Assembly: GCA_003971905.1 (NCBI GenBank)
Contig: RSEE01000017.1
Location: forward strand, 744,001-808,000
From: Moniliella sp. 'wahieum'
Taxonomy: Eukaryota
DNA length: 64,000 nt
Direction of reading: 5' to 3'
Made by a program: the position numbers and the translations under genes. The notes beneath the pieces are model-generated. The model worked only from the letters and a program-made list of their open reading frames with translations. It did no database searches and was not told the origin of the DNA. Position 1 is the stretch's first letter, and every line of letters starts with the position of its first letter. Positions 1 to 13,065 of the stretch are shown here, piece after piece.

Positions 1-310
1 AAAGGTGGGTTCAGGGCGATTGGCTCTTGCAGGTCGCTGGGGGTTGGGGGGGGTTTGTCTTGTTGTGACCATTCCTACCCTTAAGGCTACGTTCCGAGCG
101 GTGCTACGCAATGCGTGTCTATCACCTGCAGAGTCAAACGCAGTGTGCAAGCTGAGCCACGGAATGATGGAGAGGGGTGGTAGGAGGGGTGAGGCCGGCA
201 TTGGGAAGGCGAGAATAGAGGAGAAGGTCTCGCCCACCAGATCGACCGGTATATTGTACCAGCTGGGTGGGGAGGGATCCACCCCCCTCAGTAGAGGGAC
301 TGTACGGGTC

Positions 311-1261
311 CTAAATAACCCGCGTCATCGAAATAGAGCCGGTTCGCCGATGAGCCGGGTACGGGGAAGACTGAAAGGAGCCGGGGGGGGAGAAAATATC
401 TGTCCAAAGTATACGAAAGAGACACAGGATGGTCTGGACCAGCCAACAGAAGCAGGATTGGAATTGTGTCGGTCTGGCGACGGTTGGTACGTCACCAACA
501 TTTGTGGCACGGCTGTTCCTCGCCAAGACAAGTACTGTACATTCCACTCCGTCAGGATCGGGACCTCTGTTACCTCAGTCAGGCGAAGCAAGAGGGTCAC
601 TGTGGCGGGAACAGCAACATGAACGAATGGGATGCCTGGTAGGTGGATAATGTAGACCACTTTTTGGTGCACTCGCACAGTTATTCTACCAACCACAAAA
701 CAGAGCAACATCCATAACAAAACAGTCAGGCACGTGCGCTGAAGAACTGGGGATGCGAAGAGCTTCATACCTGCGGTTTCCCTGACGAAGTTCATGAACC
801 ATGGAGAGGCGTATGTCTTCCACGTTGGAGGGTTGGGAATAAACAATAAAGGTGCGAACCGTGAGAAAGAAGCCGAGCAGGGAGCTGATTCCTGGGAAGC
901 GGTGCATCGGGGTATGAAAGACAACCCGCCCAGTATTTCTGACAACGGTAGCAGGACGGTCCCGCCCCATCGGATCGTCAGGGATGCCACCAGGAGTTGC
1001 AGCAGCAGCAGCAGCTTGGGCACCAACATTACCATTGTTATCATCAGGAAGGGATGCCGAAAGGATATATTCGCCTTGGGGGTTGACGGGGATATAGACG
1101 AAAAAACGATGGTTCGTGTCAAGGGCTATCCGCCAAAGGTGGGCTGGGATTCGGCGGCGCCGGTGGATGAGACCCTGTTGAGCTGGTAGTGGTTGCGGTG
1201 GGAATGCGTCTGGCAGTGTGCGCGAATCGATAGTGTGCGGGTGAGAAGGAGTGTGGCTCAT
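311..1261 (-). CDS. Hypothetical protein (orphan; probably spliced and frameshifted)
   Basis: ATG at 1261 (MSHTPSHPHTIDSRTLPDAFPPQPLPAQQGLIHRRRRIPAHLWRIALDTNHRFFVYIPVNPQGEYILSASLPDD...) follows a pyrimidine-rich leader, with a TATATA at about 1688-1693. Overlapping ORFs 686..1687, 325..1122 and 311..547. No family recognised and the 3' end is uncertain. Confidence 0.35.
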
Positions 1262-2477
1262 GGCGCAGGGAGGGGAGGGGGGGTAGCTGATGTGGGACGT
1301 AGGAATGGAGAGGGCGTGAGGGGGGGGGGCGAAGTACAGATGAGATGGTGGCGGCTGCGTAGAGAGCAGGTCGAGAGAGCGGACGCAAGTAGCGCATGCT
1401 GTGTATAGCTCAACGGGGCTGCGCACACGATACCGATAGAAGCGTACGCGCGGCACAAAGGGCGGTGCTTCTTCGGCTGTCAGAGAGAGCACACGGGCTG
1501 CATCCCACTGAGTTGGAGTGCATCGATTCGAATGTGCCTCGCTTAGCCCCAACCAGACCCAGGATGCCTCCCGACAGCCTCGCTTGCAGGTGACAACGGA
1601 TGGCATCAATGCTATCATAATGTTCTCTCCGTAGGCGGCACTGTGGTCTGAGGGGCCCGACAAAAAGCTGTGATTCTCCAGTGGCACTATATATGACGGC
1701 TATAAGCGCAGTACTCTTGCAGATACCGCGTGCCTTATATTATTTCTGCAAGTTCTCTTGCAGCGCGCTTACCTTTGCTTCCGTCTTGCAGCCATCACCA
1801 GGTATGGGGAAGATGGAGGCCAACACAAAATGCTGAAGAATGCGTGCTAGTAGCGCAGCGTAGTAGATATGGCCAGGGCGAGATGGCTGGACAGCATGAG
1901 ACGCCATCACAGACGGAGGCCTATGACGTACCCATGGCTAAGCGCTAATGGGATCCACCAGGCCAGAGGGGAGGACTGGCTACGTAACGCGGCAGTGGGG
2001 ATTCCCTTCTGCCGGGCTATTCGTATTCCGCCTAGTGTGGTTCCGCCTTGCTCTGGCGCTTGAGCTTCTGTGGATTGCTCTGAGACAAGTGCTCCCAACG
2101 GGATGTGGGAGGCCGGAGAAAGCACAGAACGCAACAGAAAGCAAAGAACGCAGCAGAAAGCAACAGAAAGCCACACGTCAGCGGGACGATGGATGACTGG
2201 CACCCCCCTCCATGGCTCCGTCCCCTCCCATGGCTCGGGACGTGCGTGGATGGCATGCATCGTGCGGTGGGGGGGTCGTGCGAGGGTGCGCTGTGGTGCG
2301 CCCATCTGGCGTTGTGTCACATGTCACAGGTCGTTGTCACCCTGCCGTGTCACATGTCACGGTCACACGCCATGCCTCCCAAGGTCTGCTTTTTTGGAGG
2401 CGGAACGCTGATCACGTGAAGACGTCAGTTCGAGCCATGCACAGTCCCTCTACGCTTCACACCGCCCGCCCGCCTGC

Positions 2478-2527
2478 AGCCACAGCAGGCCACAGCAGGC
2501 CACAGCAGGCCACAGCAGGCCACAGCC
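2478..2527. repeat. 10-bp tandem repeat (CACAGCAGGC)x4 plus a partial copy
   Basis: Directly visible, upstream of the kinase ATG. Confidence 0.9.
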
Positions 2528-2789
2528 ACATAACCGGCACTGCCCAACCCAACCTCTGCTGCTGCCTCCACCACCCCAACCCAACACCAACACCACTCCC
2601 CCGCTCCCATCTGACGCTCCAGCCCGACCGCCTGCGCTGTGCCGCCCATCGCCTACGCTCCCTTTCCTCCCCCGCCCACCTCTCATCCTCCCCTCCCATC
2701 CTCTCCTCTCCTCTCCCCTCCCTCCCTCTCCCCCCCTCCTCGCTGTCGGGAGCGTCGCGCTGAGCCCAGGTGCGCCGCACTGAGCGTTG

Positions 2790-5700
2790 ATGCCCTTCTC
2801 ATCCGCCCGTTCGACGCCTCGTCGACGCCTTGGCCTGCCCGCGGTGCCTCCCGCGCCGCCGCCACGCTTGGCTTTGGCTCCCATACCCACGCCTCCGCTG
2901 CGGCCAAGAACAAGAACAAACACAAGCCCCGCCCGCTTCCACGCTCGACCGCCCGCTCGGCCTGAGCCCGTTCGCCAAGGCTGCTCTCACTCGCCAGGAG
3001 GCCAAGGCCAATGCCAAGGCCCATCCCCCTCCCCCTCTCCCGTTCCAGCCACCCCCTCCCAATGGCCTTACCGGCACTGCCGCCGTGCCTCCCCGCCCAT
3101 CCCCCGCATCTGGCCTCAACTTGCCTCCCGCCCGCCCCCGCCCTCCCGTTGGCCCCGCCGCCAGTGCTGTCCTGATCTCCAAGCCCCCCGTGCCCGGCGC
3201 ATCATCTTCGGGCTCTGCTCCCCCTCCCGTATCGGCAACCGCTCCTACCCTTGCCCCCCCGCTCGCGCGGTATGTCCCCCCGGCTGCCCGTGTGGCCGGT
3301 GCGCCTGGTCGGCCGCTCGGCTTTTCTCGTTCGCCCATTCATTCGCCTGCGCTGTCTCCATCTGCCCCGCGATGGAGCCACCCGCATGCGTACTCCCACT
3401 CGCCTGCACCTGATCCGGGCTTTCCTCCCACCGCTGCGTTGTCCGCTAGCTCTCTGTACCTGCAAGCCATTGGTCAGGCCCCAGCCCCTACCTCCGTGTC
3501 GTCCTCGGCCGGCCCTAGCCCGCTCGCCTCACCGCGTACCAATCCCAATCGGCGCCTGTCCCCCTTCCCGCGTGGACCAGGGTTGTCTCCAATCCCAGCG
3601 GACGCTCCTGCGGTCATGCCCGATATGCGCCCCCTACACCGGGACCAAACTTGACGAGAGAAGAAGCGCCTCATGCGCCCCAAGTCTATCGTCCTCCCCA
3701 TCTGCGGCATAAAGACTCGATTGGCCTGCTCCCTCCCGGCGTGGCACATTACGATCGTGGAGTGCGCACCAACTCGCTGCGTGGCACGCCAAGGAGCACC
3801 CCACGTCTCGCCTCGGCCTCTGCCTGGTTCTCCCCCCTCTCAAAGGGCGAGAATGAGGAAGGAGGTGGCCAAGGCCATTTTCGTCAGCCCTCCCTCTCTA
3901 TTCAGGCGCCCGACGAGTCCTTCCCGCCTCCGTCTCAGTGCGATTCGCCGACCGAAGTCCATTCCGTTCTCTCTTCACCTAAGACTTTTGATCTGGCTCG
4001 GGAGCCAAGCTTGCATGGCCAGCGCCGGCCTAGCGCGCTGGATGGGCCCTCACCGGAAGATACGACGCTTACTGAGACCCTGGACCCACCTGCGCCAGAG
4101 CCGCGGCCATCTTGGCAGCTCGGATCGCACCGGGCCTCCTGGGCGTCGTTGGGCTCCGATCTAAGTATCCACCCTTTCCGGAGAGAGTATATGTTTGGTG
4201 TGGATGATATGGACGATCTTGATTCCAATGGAGGCAATGGCGCTCGTGGGATGGGATTCGGCCGGCCGTCACGCGGCAGCAGGGACAGCATGAGTCTCAC
4301 CGACAGCTACCTTGCGTCACGTCGGACCAGCCTCGCCTCTGCATGGGCATGGAAGGTGTGGTGGACATTTTCGAGCCGGGTGATCGATTGGCTCCCGGGA
4401 TGCGGCACGACGGCTACCTCGTTCGCGTTGCCGACACGGCTGCTGGGGTCAAGGAACGGATTTGCGAGATGAGGGCCAATTGGAGGTGGTGCGCAAGTTA
4501 GGCGAGGGGAGCTATGCTTGTGTATACCTCGTGCAAGAAGTGCCCACGGCAGAACCAAGAGACTCGCTCGCCGAAGCTGAGCGCCTTGCCGAGGAGGAGA
4601 GAGGATGAACGTCTACGCCGGCGTGCCCTGGAGCGCGATGGACAGGAACCCAGTGTAGCTGGCGCGATGGCCATCCAACCTTCGACCGCCCCTCCTGGCT
4701 CGGTTCCCAACGGTTCCGACATGTTCTCCGTCGCAGCGTCGATACGGTCGTCCAGGGTCCTCGAGGATCGGATGCTGAGGACCTCTTTGGCTCAACCCCC
4801 CTCGCGGTACCGATGGGCATGCAGTCGCGCTTTGAGGAGGAAGAGGACGAGGACGATTTTACTTCTGGCGACTGGTCTGGGTTCCAGCTCAACGAGGCTA
4901 CCCTTCGTCCGGAGCAAAGCCCCCTCGCCCTCTTTCTCCAGAAGCAGGATAAGCAGGACAAGCTGGACAGACAAGACAAACTGGACAGGCCCGATCCACG
5001 CACCCGTCCTGGGTCCAGTGCAGCGGGGAGTGTCAATGGGGGAGCATGTGCTACCTTGCCTCCGACGCCCGTGCAAGTCCCTCGTCAATTTGCACTCAAG
5101 TGTCTGTGTAAGCGGGATTTGAGCCCGCGCATGCTCGAGGTGCAACGGCTTGAGGCGTCCATCCACCAGTCCCTCCCCCCCCACTCCAACATCGTCACCC
5201 TCTACTGCACGTATGAGACGCCCGAGTGGCTCTTCCTCGTGCTGGAGTATTGTCCTGGGCAGGACATGTTCTACTGGCTAGAACAGGCGCAAGATGATAT
5301 TGACAGTCCCATGCCCTTGTATCACGAGCCGTCGTCCGAAGACGAAACTCTGATCGCGCCCGTGGCCGACGCTGGCTCCACCCCGCCCGATCCCTCGCTG
5401 CTGGCCATGACCAATGGCTTCTCCATTCTGTCGTGGCGTCGTCTCCGGCTCATCAGTCGCATGTTCCAGCAAATGTGCGAAGCAGTCCAGTTTTGTCATG
5501 ATCGCGGCATTGCGCATCGCGACCTCAAGCCTGAGAACTTTATCTTTGAGGATCGGCGAGCGTTGCCGCTGTTGTACTCTCGGCCGGCCTCACCGCGCCT
5601 TCGGATGAGGCGGGATCAACAAGTGTGGTCTCCGACACGTCTACCAGCACCACCGAGCCTGGCAAGGTAATCGTCAAACTCACCGACTTTGGCCTGGCCA

Positions 5701-7878
5701 CCAACCAGGAGCGTTGCATCGACTTTGAATGCGGATCACGGCCTTACATGTCCTACGGTACGTCCTTCTCCCTTAACTCGCACTGCGTTTCTTACTTGGA
5801 CAGTCCACTAACCCGTGCTTGGGGGGCCTAGAATGCTGCAACGATGTGGAGCCGACGTATGATCCCAAGGTGGCGGACGTGTGGTCCTTGGGAGTGATTT
5901 TGCTCAACATGCTGTTCCATCGGAACCCGTTCCAAGAGCCGTCGGTGGCCAAGTGCCCTTCCTTTGCCGCCTTCCGTGAGGACCCAGAAGGGTTTCTCAT
6001 GTCGGCCTTTGATGGCCTGACGCCTCTGGCTGCCAACTACCTCGCCACGCGAGTGCTCAACGATGCTTCGTCTGGCATGCGCGTCAGTGCGGCCGAATTT
6101 GGTACGTGGGTGGCCCAGCTCCCGGCGCACATGGGCGTTTCCTCCCCTACTCACCGGCCCGCGCCCTCGAGGGGCGCGAGTATGGGCATCACTACCCCCC
6201 TTGAGCCCTCGCGGTCAAGGACGGAATCACTTTGCTTTTCGCGTCCTCCCTCACGTACGTCCGGCCTGGCCTCGCCCGCTGCGCTGCCTGCTTCCTCCCG
6301 CCCCAGCCCGCTTGCCCCACCAATCCCCTGCGTCGCAACCTCGTGGCCTGCCGCCTTCGTTTGACCATCCGCCCCAGGGTAGTTATACATTGCACCACAT
6401 GCCGTCGACGGTGCGCGAGGAGAGCGTGGCTTCCTCCCCTTCGCCCGAGTACCCAGGCAGTATCCCCCCTACGCCCAGTGCAGCCCAATCCAATTTTTCA
6501 GAGGGGGAGACCGGTTTGCCGTCCACGGACGGTGCAAGCGACGACGACTCGTCTCTGGCCCCTCGGGGTTCTACCGTTCCTGCCCCTCCTGCTCCGGCGT
6601 CCGCTACCCCCATGCGGCCTCCGCGCATGCCCATGCTCGCCAAGCCTACCCTTGGCGTCGTCGACCCCTCCTTGGGCGCCGAGGGAACGATGAGTGCAGG
6701 TCGGGATGGCAAGGCGGCCAAGCCAGCTGAAGCATCGCTTGCCTTGGCATCCAATCCCGATCGCAGTGCCAGTTCCCCTCATTCACCCCTTGGGTTCAGC
6801 CCTTCTGTCGCTGAACCTGCCTCCGCTCCTGATTCTGCCTGTGTCTCTGCGTCTGCGTCTGCGTCTGCCTCTGCCTCTGCCTCTGCCTCTGCTTCTGCCT
6901 CAACCGTTACATCCACATCTACACCAGCTCCTGCCCCAACCTGCACTCTAACTTCAGCCTCAATTTCGGCCCCTCTCCCTCCCTCCGATCCGGTCTCCAC
7001 TACTGCTGCCATCTCTGCCCCCGCGCCTACCTCTGCGCAAGCTTCCAGTTCCGCTCCTGAAGGGGCTAGGGAGTCCTCTCCGCATCCGTCGTCATCGGGT
7101 CACGAGCAAAGTTTCTTTGACGGATCTGCGCCTTCCACGCCGATTACGGTGCAGCCAGATGATGCGCTGGAAGGATCGGATGAGGAAGGATCGGTTGTCG
7201 AGCCCAGCCGACCGCGCCGACGCAAACGCGGGCACCGCAAGAGCTCCAGCCATTCACGACCGGGTCCACTTCTCTCCTCAGCTTCGGCTTCGGCTTCGGC
7301 TTCGTCCTCGTCTGGTGCGTGGGACGATAAGCGAGCTAGTCTTCCTCCCAAGCGGTCCTGTGGCCCGACCGCGGCTCTCGATTGAGCTGTCTTCTACCTC
7401 GGACGACCAAGCCAGCATTTACACCACGGCCTCGGCGCCAGCTGCGTATGCGCGTCGGCCCAACTCTCTTCTCTCTCCTCCACCGTGTGCGGGGAAACAT
7501 TTGGGCCCCATCTCGGAGCCCAAGCGGGACCTCGATGCGTCGTTTTTAACGGCCATGTACGGTGCTCCTCCCGCCCGCGATCGTACCCGCAAGTCCAAAC
7601 CTAAACCTAAACCCATTTGGACCGCCCCGACACCCTCGATTTCCGCCCCATCCATCCACCCACCTTCTCTTTCCTCGAAAGAGTGTCGTACCCCCGCCCA
7701 GCTGCGCTGTCGTCGCACACCCCCCTTCTCTCTCCTCCGACCTCTCGGTCCGCCACAGCGACGCCGACCCCCCCCCCCCCCACCCGACCTGCCTGCCCCA
7801 CATGACGAAACTAAGTCCGTGCCGAAACGCACTGGTTTGTCGGGCAAGTCCATCAGCAAATTTTTCCGTGGCAAGTAA
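2790..7878 (+). CDS. Ser/Thr protein kinase, RAN family (Ksp1/Ran1-Pat1-like), with long low-complexity N- and C-termini
   Basis: Motifs: LEVVRKLGEGSYACVYLV (about 4480-4535), FALKCL (about 5089), HSNIVTLY, LVLEYCPGQD, IAHRDLKPENF, VKLTDFGLAT, CGSRPYMSY|ECCN, ADVWSLGVILLNMLFHRNPF. Intron 5758-5831 (GTACGT...CTAAC...TAG). Several frameshifts; the frame ending KSISKFFRGK* stops at 7878. Confidence 0.88.
6845..6903 (+). repeat. Hexamer microsatellite (TCTGCG/TCTGCC)n encoding a poly-(Ser-Ala) tract in the kinase C-terminus
   Basis: tctgcgtctgcgtctgcgtctgcctctgcctctgcc..., translating as SASASASA. Confidence 0.85.
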
Positions 7879-8241
7879 GCCCGGTTGCCCTTCCTTGTCT
7901 CCCCCTCCCTCCTCCCCCCCTCCGCCCTCACCTCTTCTCTTCTTCCCATCTACCTTGGCCGCCGCTAGCAATGCACTTCCTTCCTTTGAACTGGGACCCT
8001 GTACATGCGTACATGACATGAATGGCTATCCACATCCTTAGTCTCTCGCTACGCTCCCGTTGCAGTTGCATTAGCTCGATCTATATTCACTGTTTGTTTT
8101 GTGTAGTTCAGGTCCAACTCGGCTTGGTGGCCTTAAGTAGCCTGTATCACAGGTGTCGAGTGGGGCCTGGGGGAGTGGGGTCCAACGCTGAAACGTCGGG
8201 CTTGGTGGATGACCGTGGCGGTGCGGAAGCGGGAGGACGAG

Positions 8242-9955
8242 TTAGTTGGAGGGCACGACCACGCCCGATTCGGTGAGCGAGGTGCTGAGCGCAGCTTGGG
8301 CCTCTACGTCGGCAGGAACCGAGGTGGTGGTGCTCGTCGCATCTGCCCAGGCCGCTTCCAACGCACGCTTCTCCTCCGAAGGCGAGACAGCTGGTGCGCG
8401 GGTGCGTTTGCCTCTGTTGGGCGGCTTGGTAGTGGGTCTGAAACCAGGGCTTGAGCAAGGCATAGTGCTTCTTGGCATTGTTGATCTCAAATGGAATGCT
8501 GTAAAAGTCATGCGGCATACCAGGGAGCACATGGTGCTCAATGTCAGCTCCGGCTGCGCGGGCCGAACGAACAAAGTGGGTGCCCTCGGACAACAGGGCC
8601 TCAGCTCCGCCGTTCCCGAGCCACATGGGCGGCATGTGCGCCAACTCGTCCGCAGGCATAAAGCAGGGCGAGATCCAGGGCGAGCTGGCGGGCAACGCAT
8701 TGGACTTGATGTGCTTGTGGGTCATTTGAAGACTATCGGTACCCCAGTGCATGTAGCGCGTGGTAACAATGTCATACCGCATCGCCTTGGCCCGGCTGAG
8801 GAACAGTTCCCCTTCGTCCTCGATATGTAACCAGGGGGAAAAGAGGACCAAGCCAGCCGTACTCACTGGCGCACGTTCCGGCGCCGAGCCTAGCAACGCA
8901 CTGAATTTAGCTACCCTCTGCTCAATCCACTCGGGCGTATACGTCCGGTCAGCCACGGCAAACGATCGTGCCGAAGGGGCGTGAGGTGCGGCCAAACGTC
9001 CCGCAAGTACCGGTCCAGCAGCAAGGTGGCCAACCCACCGTACGAGTCACCACCAAAGAAGATCTGGCTCGGATCGTAGCCCAGGTCAATCACAAGGTAC
9101 AGCCAAGCACCAAACAGCTGGACGATCGTCGTGGGGTACTTGGCATAAGGAGCCAAGTCATAGTCCACGGTAAACACGTCGATATTGCCGTTGCGGGCCA
9201 AAAAGGCAGCCAACGTAGCACCCATAAACAAGTCCCCGGCTGAAAAGCTGACGCCCGCACCGCCATGGCAGTAGAGCAACGGGCTTGGTACGTTTCTTCA
9301 CTGCATCCTCGGGCAGGGGCGGGACCTTGGTCCCGCGCGACAGGTACCAATAGCACTTGGTGTGCCGCTTGGCAAAGCCCGGTTCGACCATGGGCCGGCC
9401 CCGGTAGAGCGGCGAGTAGGACAGTTGACAGTCCAGTGGCTGGGCCGTGTCCCGCACGGCCAACAGCCCCCGGAGCCAGTCAACCGGAGGCGGCGCGACC
9501 CACACCTCGTCCAGCCGACGACCATGGAGGTGGCTCAAATGCGGCACGGAACGGGTGTCGGCCCAGATGCGGCTGCCCATGCTGCGCCAGGCGGTGAGCT
9601 GGAGCAGGATGGCCAGCAGCCCGCTGTAGGCCGAGTTGCCCTGCAGCCAGCCCGACTGGGAGTGGGGGGCGGGGGCAAAGCGAATGAGGCCCATGCAGAT
9701 GATGGTGAGGCGGGTCAAGGTGGTGCTGACGCCTGTCTTGAAGGACCATGCGGGATGGCGGCGCAGAAAGGGGAAGAGGTTGCGCAGAATGACAAAGGGC
9801 GTGGCGGCGAGGACGACGGGGACAGTGAAGGCATACTGCAGCAGCAGGCGGAGGAGGTAGAGCCACAGGCGCCGGGGGGGGCGATGGGCGTTCTGCACCG
9901 CCGTGTACACTGCCGGGTCGACGGGGGCGAGGGCCAGGGTGGACTGGACGGCCAT
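8242..9955 (-). CDS. Alpha/beta hydrolase, hormone-sensitive lipase family (abhydrolase_3)
   Basis: Hydrophobic N-terminus from MAVQSTLALAP. Motifs: LYCHGGAG oxyanion motif, VDYDLAPYAKYP, FFGGDSYGG nucleophile, GLVLFSPW, GGAEALLSE, PGMPHDF. Frameshifted, and the stop position is uncertain (8242 or 8147). Confidence 0.85.
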
Positions 9956-11711
9956 GGCGGGGTGGGGGGTGGAAGCTAGTGAGGCGAGTGGAGCTAGTGA
10001 GCACTGCGACGGATATGGGGTTGGTATTGACATGATTGACATGTCAGTGCCATCACACGCGGCCGCGAGCAACGGGAAGCATAACGCGTGTCTGCCGCCC
10101 AGCCTCGGCCAGCCCGGCCCTCGGCAGCCACACACCGGCACTCCAGCCGGTCACTGTCCCCGTGCCACCCCCGCACGCGGCACGGGGTGAGTGAGCGGCA
10201 TTGCATTAACCCCGCCTCGTGAAAGTACATGCGCCCCAGCCCAACTGCAGCACACACGGCTAACCCTAGTGCGTCCTGCGTCCACCCATCCGAATGGAGA
10301 TGCACGCGCTTTCAGGCAGCACCCGCACGTGATCCTCGCTTAATTGCTCACCAGCTGGCCGCCCCCCACCCCACCCGCATCCCCCCTCCTACCCCACCAG
10401 GCCAGACTGTGCCCGCAATCGAGTGCGACATGGAGGAGAGCAAGCACCGAGTCTTGCGCAAGACTGCCCCCGTCCTCGTCGCTACGTCCTTACCTATTCC
10501 TCGCGTCTCGCAAAAGTGATGCCGACGGATTGCAGGATTGAGAAGCTGCCGTCGCTCAAGCGCTCAAGTCCCTGTGCACCCCCAGGTATCCCGCCCTTCC
10601 CTTTCCCTTTGTTCATTCTATACTGTAACCATATATCATTGACAGAGCTTAAGGGGAGATCAGGACCCTCCGGTACCCGCCATCCGTTCCCATACCCAAG
10701 GTCGAGCGTGTGGATATGGATGAGCGTGGTAGACATACGAGCGGTGAACCACATCTCCATTGAGACTCAGTTGTTTATTCTTGCCAGTTCCTAAGCATCT
10801 TGCCCCCTGTCTTGGTGGCATGGTATCCTCGCGTCGTCAGAACATAAGGGAAGGAGGGTTCTTTTGGGTGCATCTGCCAGACACTTGGCGTTCTTTTCGG
10901 ATTATGCTTGTTCCAACAGCCGAAGCAGCCCCTTCTCCCGGTGTTCCAGCAATGCGGTGCTCTCGTGCACCACCCTTCGGTACGAAAACAGCGCCTCCCG
11001 TGTTCCCGAGTCTGAGTCCCGCAAAGTGTGGTCCACACTCCATTCCTGATCCTCCAAATACTCCAGGTCCCATCACACGGTAGTCAGTACTCTTCGCCTT
11101 ATTCCTCCCCTCCGAGGCCGATCCTCTTCTTCCACAGCCGGCTCATTGTGGTGTATCTACTCCCCTCCCCCATGGCCCGTGCACTGGGCCCATCCCGCTA
11201 TTCCGTGGAGGGCTGACGCGCTGAGGGCTGAGGCTGAGCTCAGCGTTCTGAGGAAGCAAGGCACTTGGCGCTTATTAGAACTTCGATCGTAGAGAGGATG
11301 ATCGATGACATTAGCACTGATTGCACCCTCCCCCTTTTAATGACACACCCCAGCTGCCAGTCAAGCCACTTCTTAAAACGAGCGGGTATATACATTGAGG
11401 CCGAAAAAAGCGAGGAGAGGCCGGGAGGGGGCTATGTATATTGCGGCTGGGTCAGAGTTACCTTTTATGAGTTCCGCGGAGTCTGAGTTTGAGGCATGCG
11501 TGTATCAAGCTGGCTCGAAGCCTGGGGTCTGGAAGCTTAAATCGTGACACTTGCCACATTTAAGGTACGACAGTATCATATTGTGGTGGCACAACTTCGT
11601 AGCCAACCACCTGCCAGTTCTTGCCTCCCCAAACATGTGCTGCGTTGGGGCGTCCATGTAGCGCACACGGGCCTCCCTAGTATGGTTCCATTAATTGCAA
11701 CACCTTGGGAA

Positions 11712-11719
11712 TATATATA
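11712..11719 (+). promoter_or_regulatory. TATA box of the SDR gene
   Basis: TATATATA about 165 nt upstream of ATG 11883, followed by a C/T-rich leader. Confidence 0.5.
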
Positions 11720-11882
11720 CCCTCTCCATCCCGCAGAGGAACCATCATTACACCTCCCCCCCTGAGCTTCACGCTTACCAACTCTCTCCATCTATCCACT
11801 TCCACACCACCCACGTTAAGGATTCTCATCCACCAGCGTCGCCACTTTACCGGTCTAGCATCTGCAACACTATACACCAAAA

Positions 11883-12731
11883 ATGTCATTCCCCGGCCGT
11901 GTTGTCAACAAGGTTGCACTCGTCACGGGCGCTGCGAGCGGGATTGGGCAAGCGACCGCCCGGGTACTGGCCAAGCAAGGTGCCAAAGTCTGGCTTGCCG
12001 ACGTTGCCCACAGCGAGAAGGTTGCTGAGGCGATTGTCAAAGAGGGAGGCAAAGCCACCAGCCTCAAGCTCGATGTCTCGAGCGAGTCAGACTGGGAGGC
12101 TGCCCTGACTACCATCAAGCAGGCCGACCATCGCCTTGACATTCTCGTTAACAATGCAGGTATCACGGGACCCCAAGCCGAGGTTGAACATGTTTCCCTT
12201 GAGGCTTTCAACCGCACTTTGTCCGTCAACTTGACGGGCGTGTTTCTCGGCTGCAAGCACGCAGTAGAGCTGATGAAGACGAACCAGCCTCCGACCGAGG
12301 GTGGTGCAAGCATCATCAACATGTCTTCGATCCTTGGCTTTGCAGGATTCCCCTCCTTCTCCCCCCAGTGCCACCAAGGGAGGTGTTCGTTTGATGACCA
12401 AGACCGTTGCGCTGGAGGTCGCCAAACATAACATTCGCGTGAACAGTGTTCATCCTGGGTACGTACATCTCTCTCCACCCTGTAGAAGCTGTCGTAGAGT
12501 GTACACGATCCATTGGGGGGATACTAACCCCAGAGCGGTGTCATTAACAGGTTCATTCAAACACCCATGGCCGAGGGCGTCGTCAACGAGAGCATTGTCA
12601 ATATGCATCCTCTTGGCCATCTGGGTGAAGCGGAAGACATCGCCAACATGTGCCTGTTCTTGGCCGGCAGCGAGGCCAAATTTTGCACCGGCGCCGAGTA
12701 CCTCGTTGATGGCGGCTACATGGCGCAGTAG
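11883..12731 (+). CDS. Classical short-chain dehydrogenase/reductase (3-alpha/20-beta-HSD or cyclopentanol dehydrogenase-like)
   Basis: KVALVTGAASGIG, LDVSSE, LDILVNNAG, SIINMSS, (frameshift)SATKGGVR, IRVNSVHPG|FIQTPM, HPLGHLGEAEDIA, FCTGAEYLVDGGYMAQ*. Intron 12459-12550. Confidence 0.92.
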
Positions 12732-13065
12732 TCGGTGCGCGGTGCATTGATCAATCCCCTTTTGTCGTCAGCATGCATTTACCAAACCAAAGGCATGCGT
12801 GTGGGTAGGTAGTGTTGCGCTCTGCTCAGCCACAGCTGCAATGAAATGGTCTCGTCGACTGGTTGAAAGAGCTAGGGAGCTGATCATGAGCACGGAGGAT
12901 GAACGAATGTCGTGTGGAAGCGGCGTCAGTCGTGGAGAGAATTAAGACAGGAGGGGACAGGAACACAAGAGAGCACAAAAGGAAGGCGCACAGACGCACG
13001 GCCAGAACACTGGCCTCCTATAGTGTCAGAGTGTCGCACACAACTCACGGTTTGGATAGATCAAG

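Noticed and set aside
12355..12380. Missing catalytic Tyr of the SDR YxxxK motif
   Set aside because: It coincides with a frameshift in a C-run, most likely a sequencing error rather than a catalytically dead enzyme.
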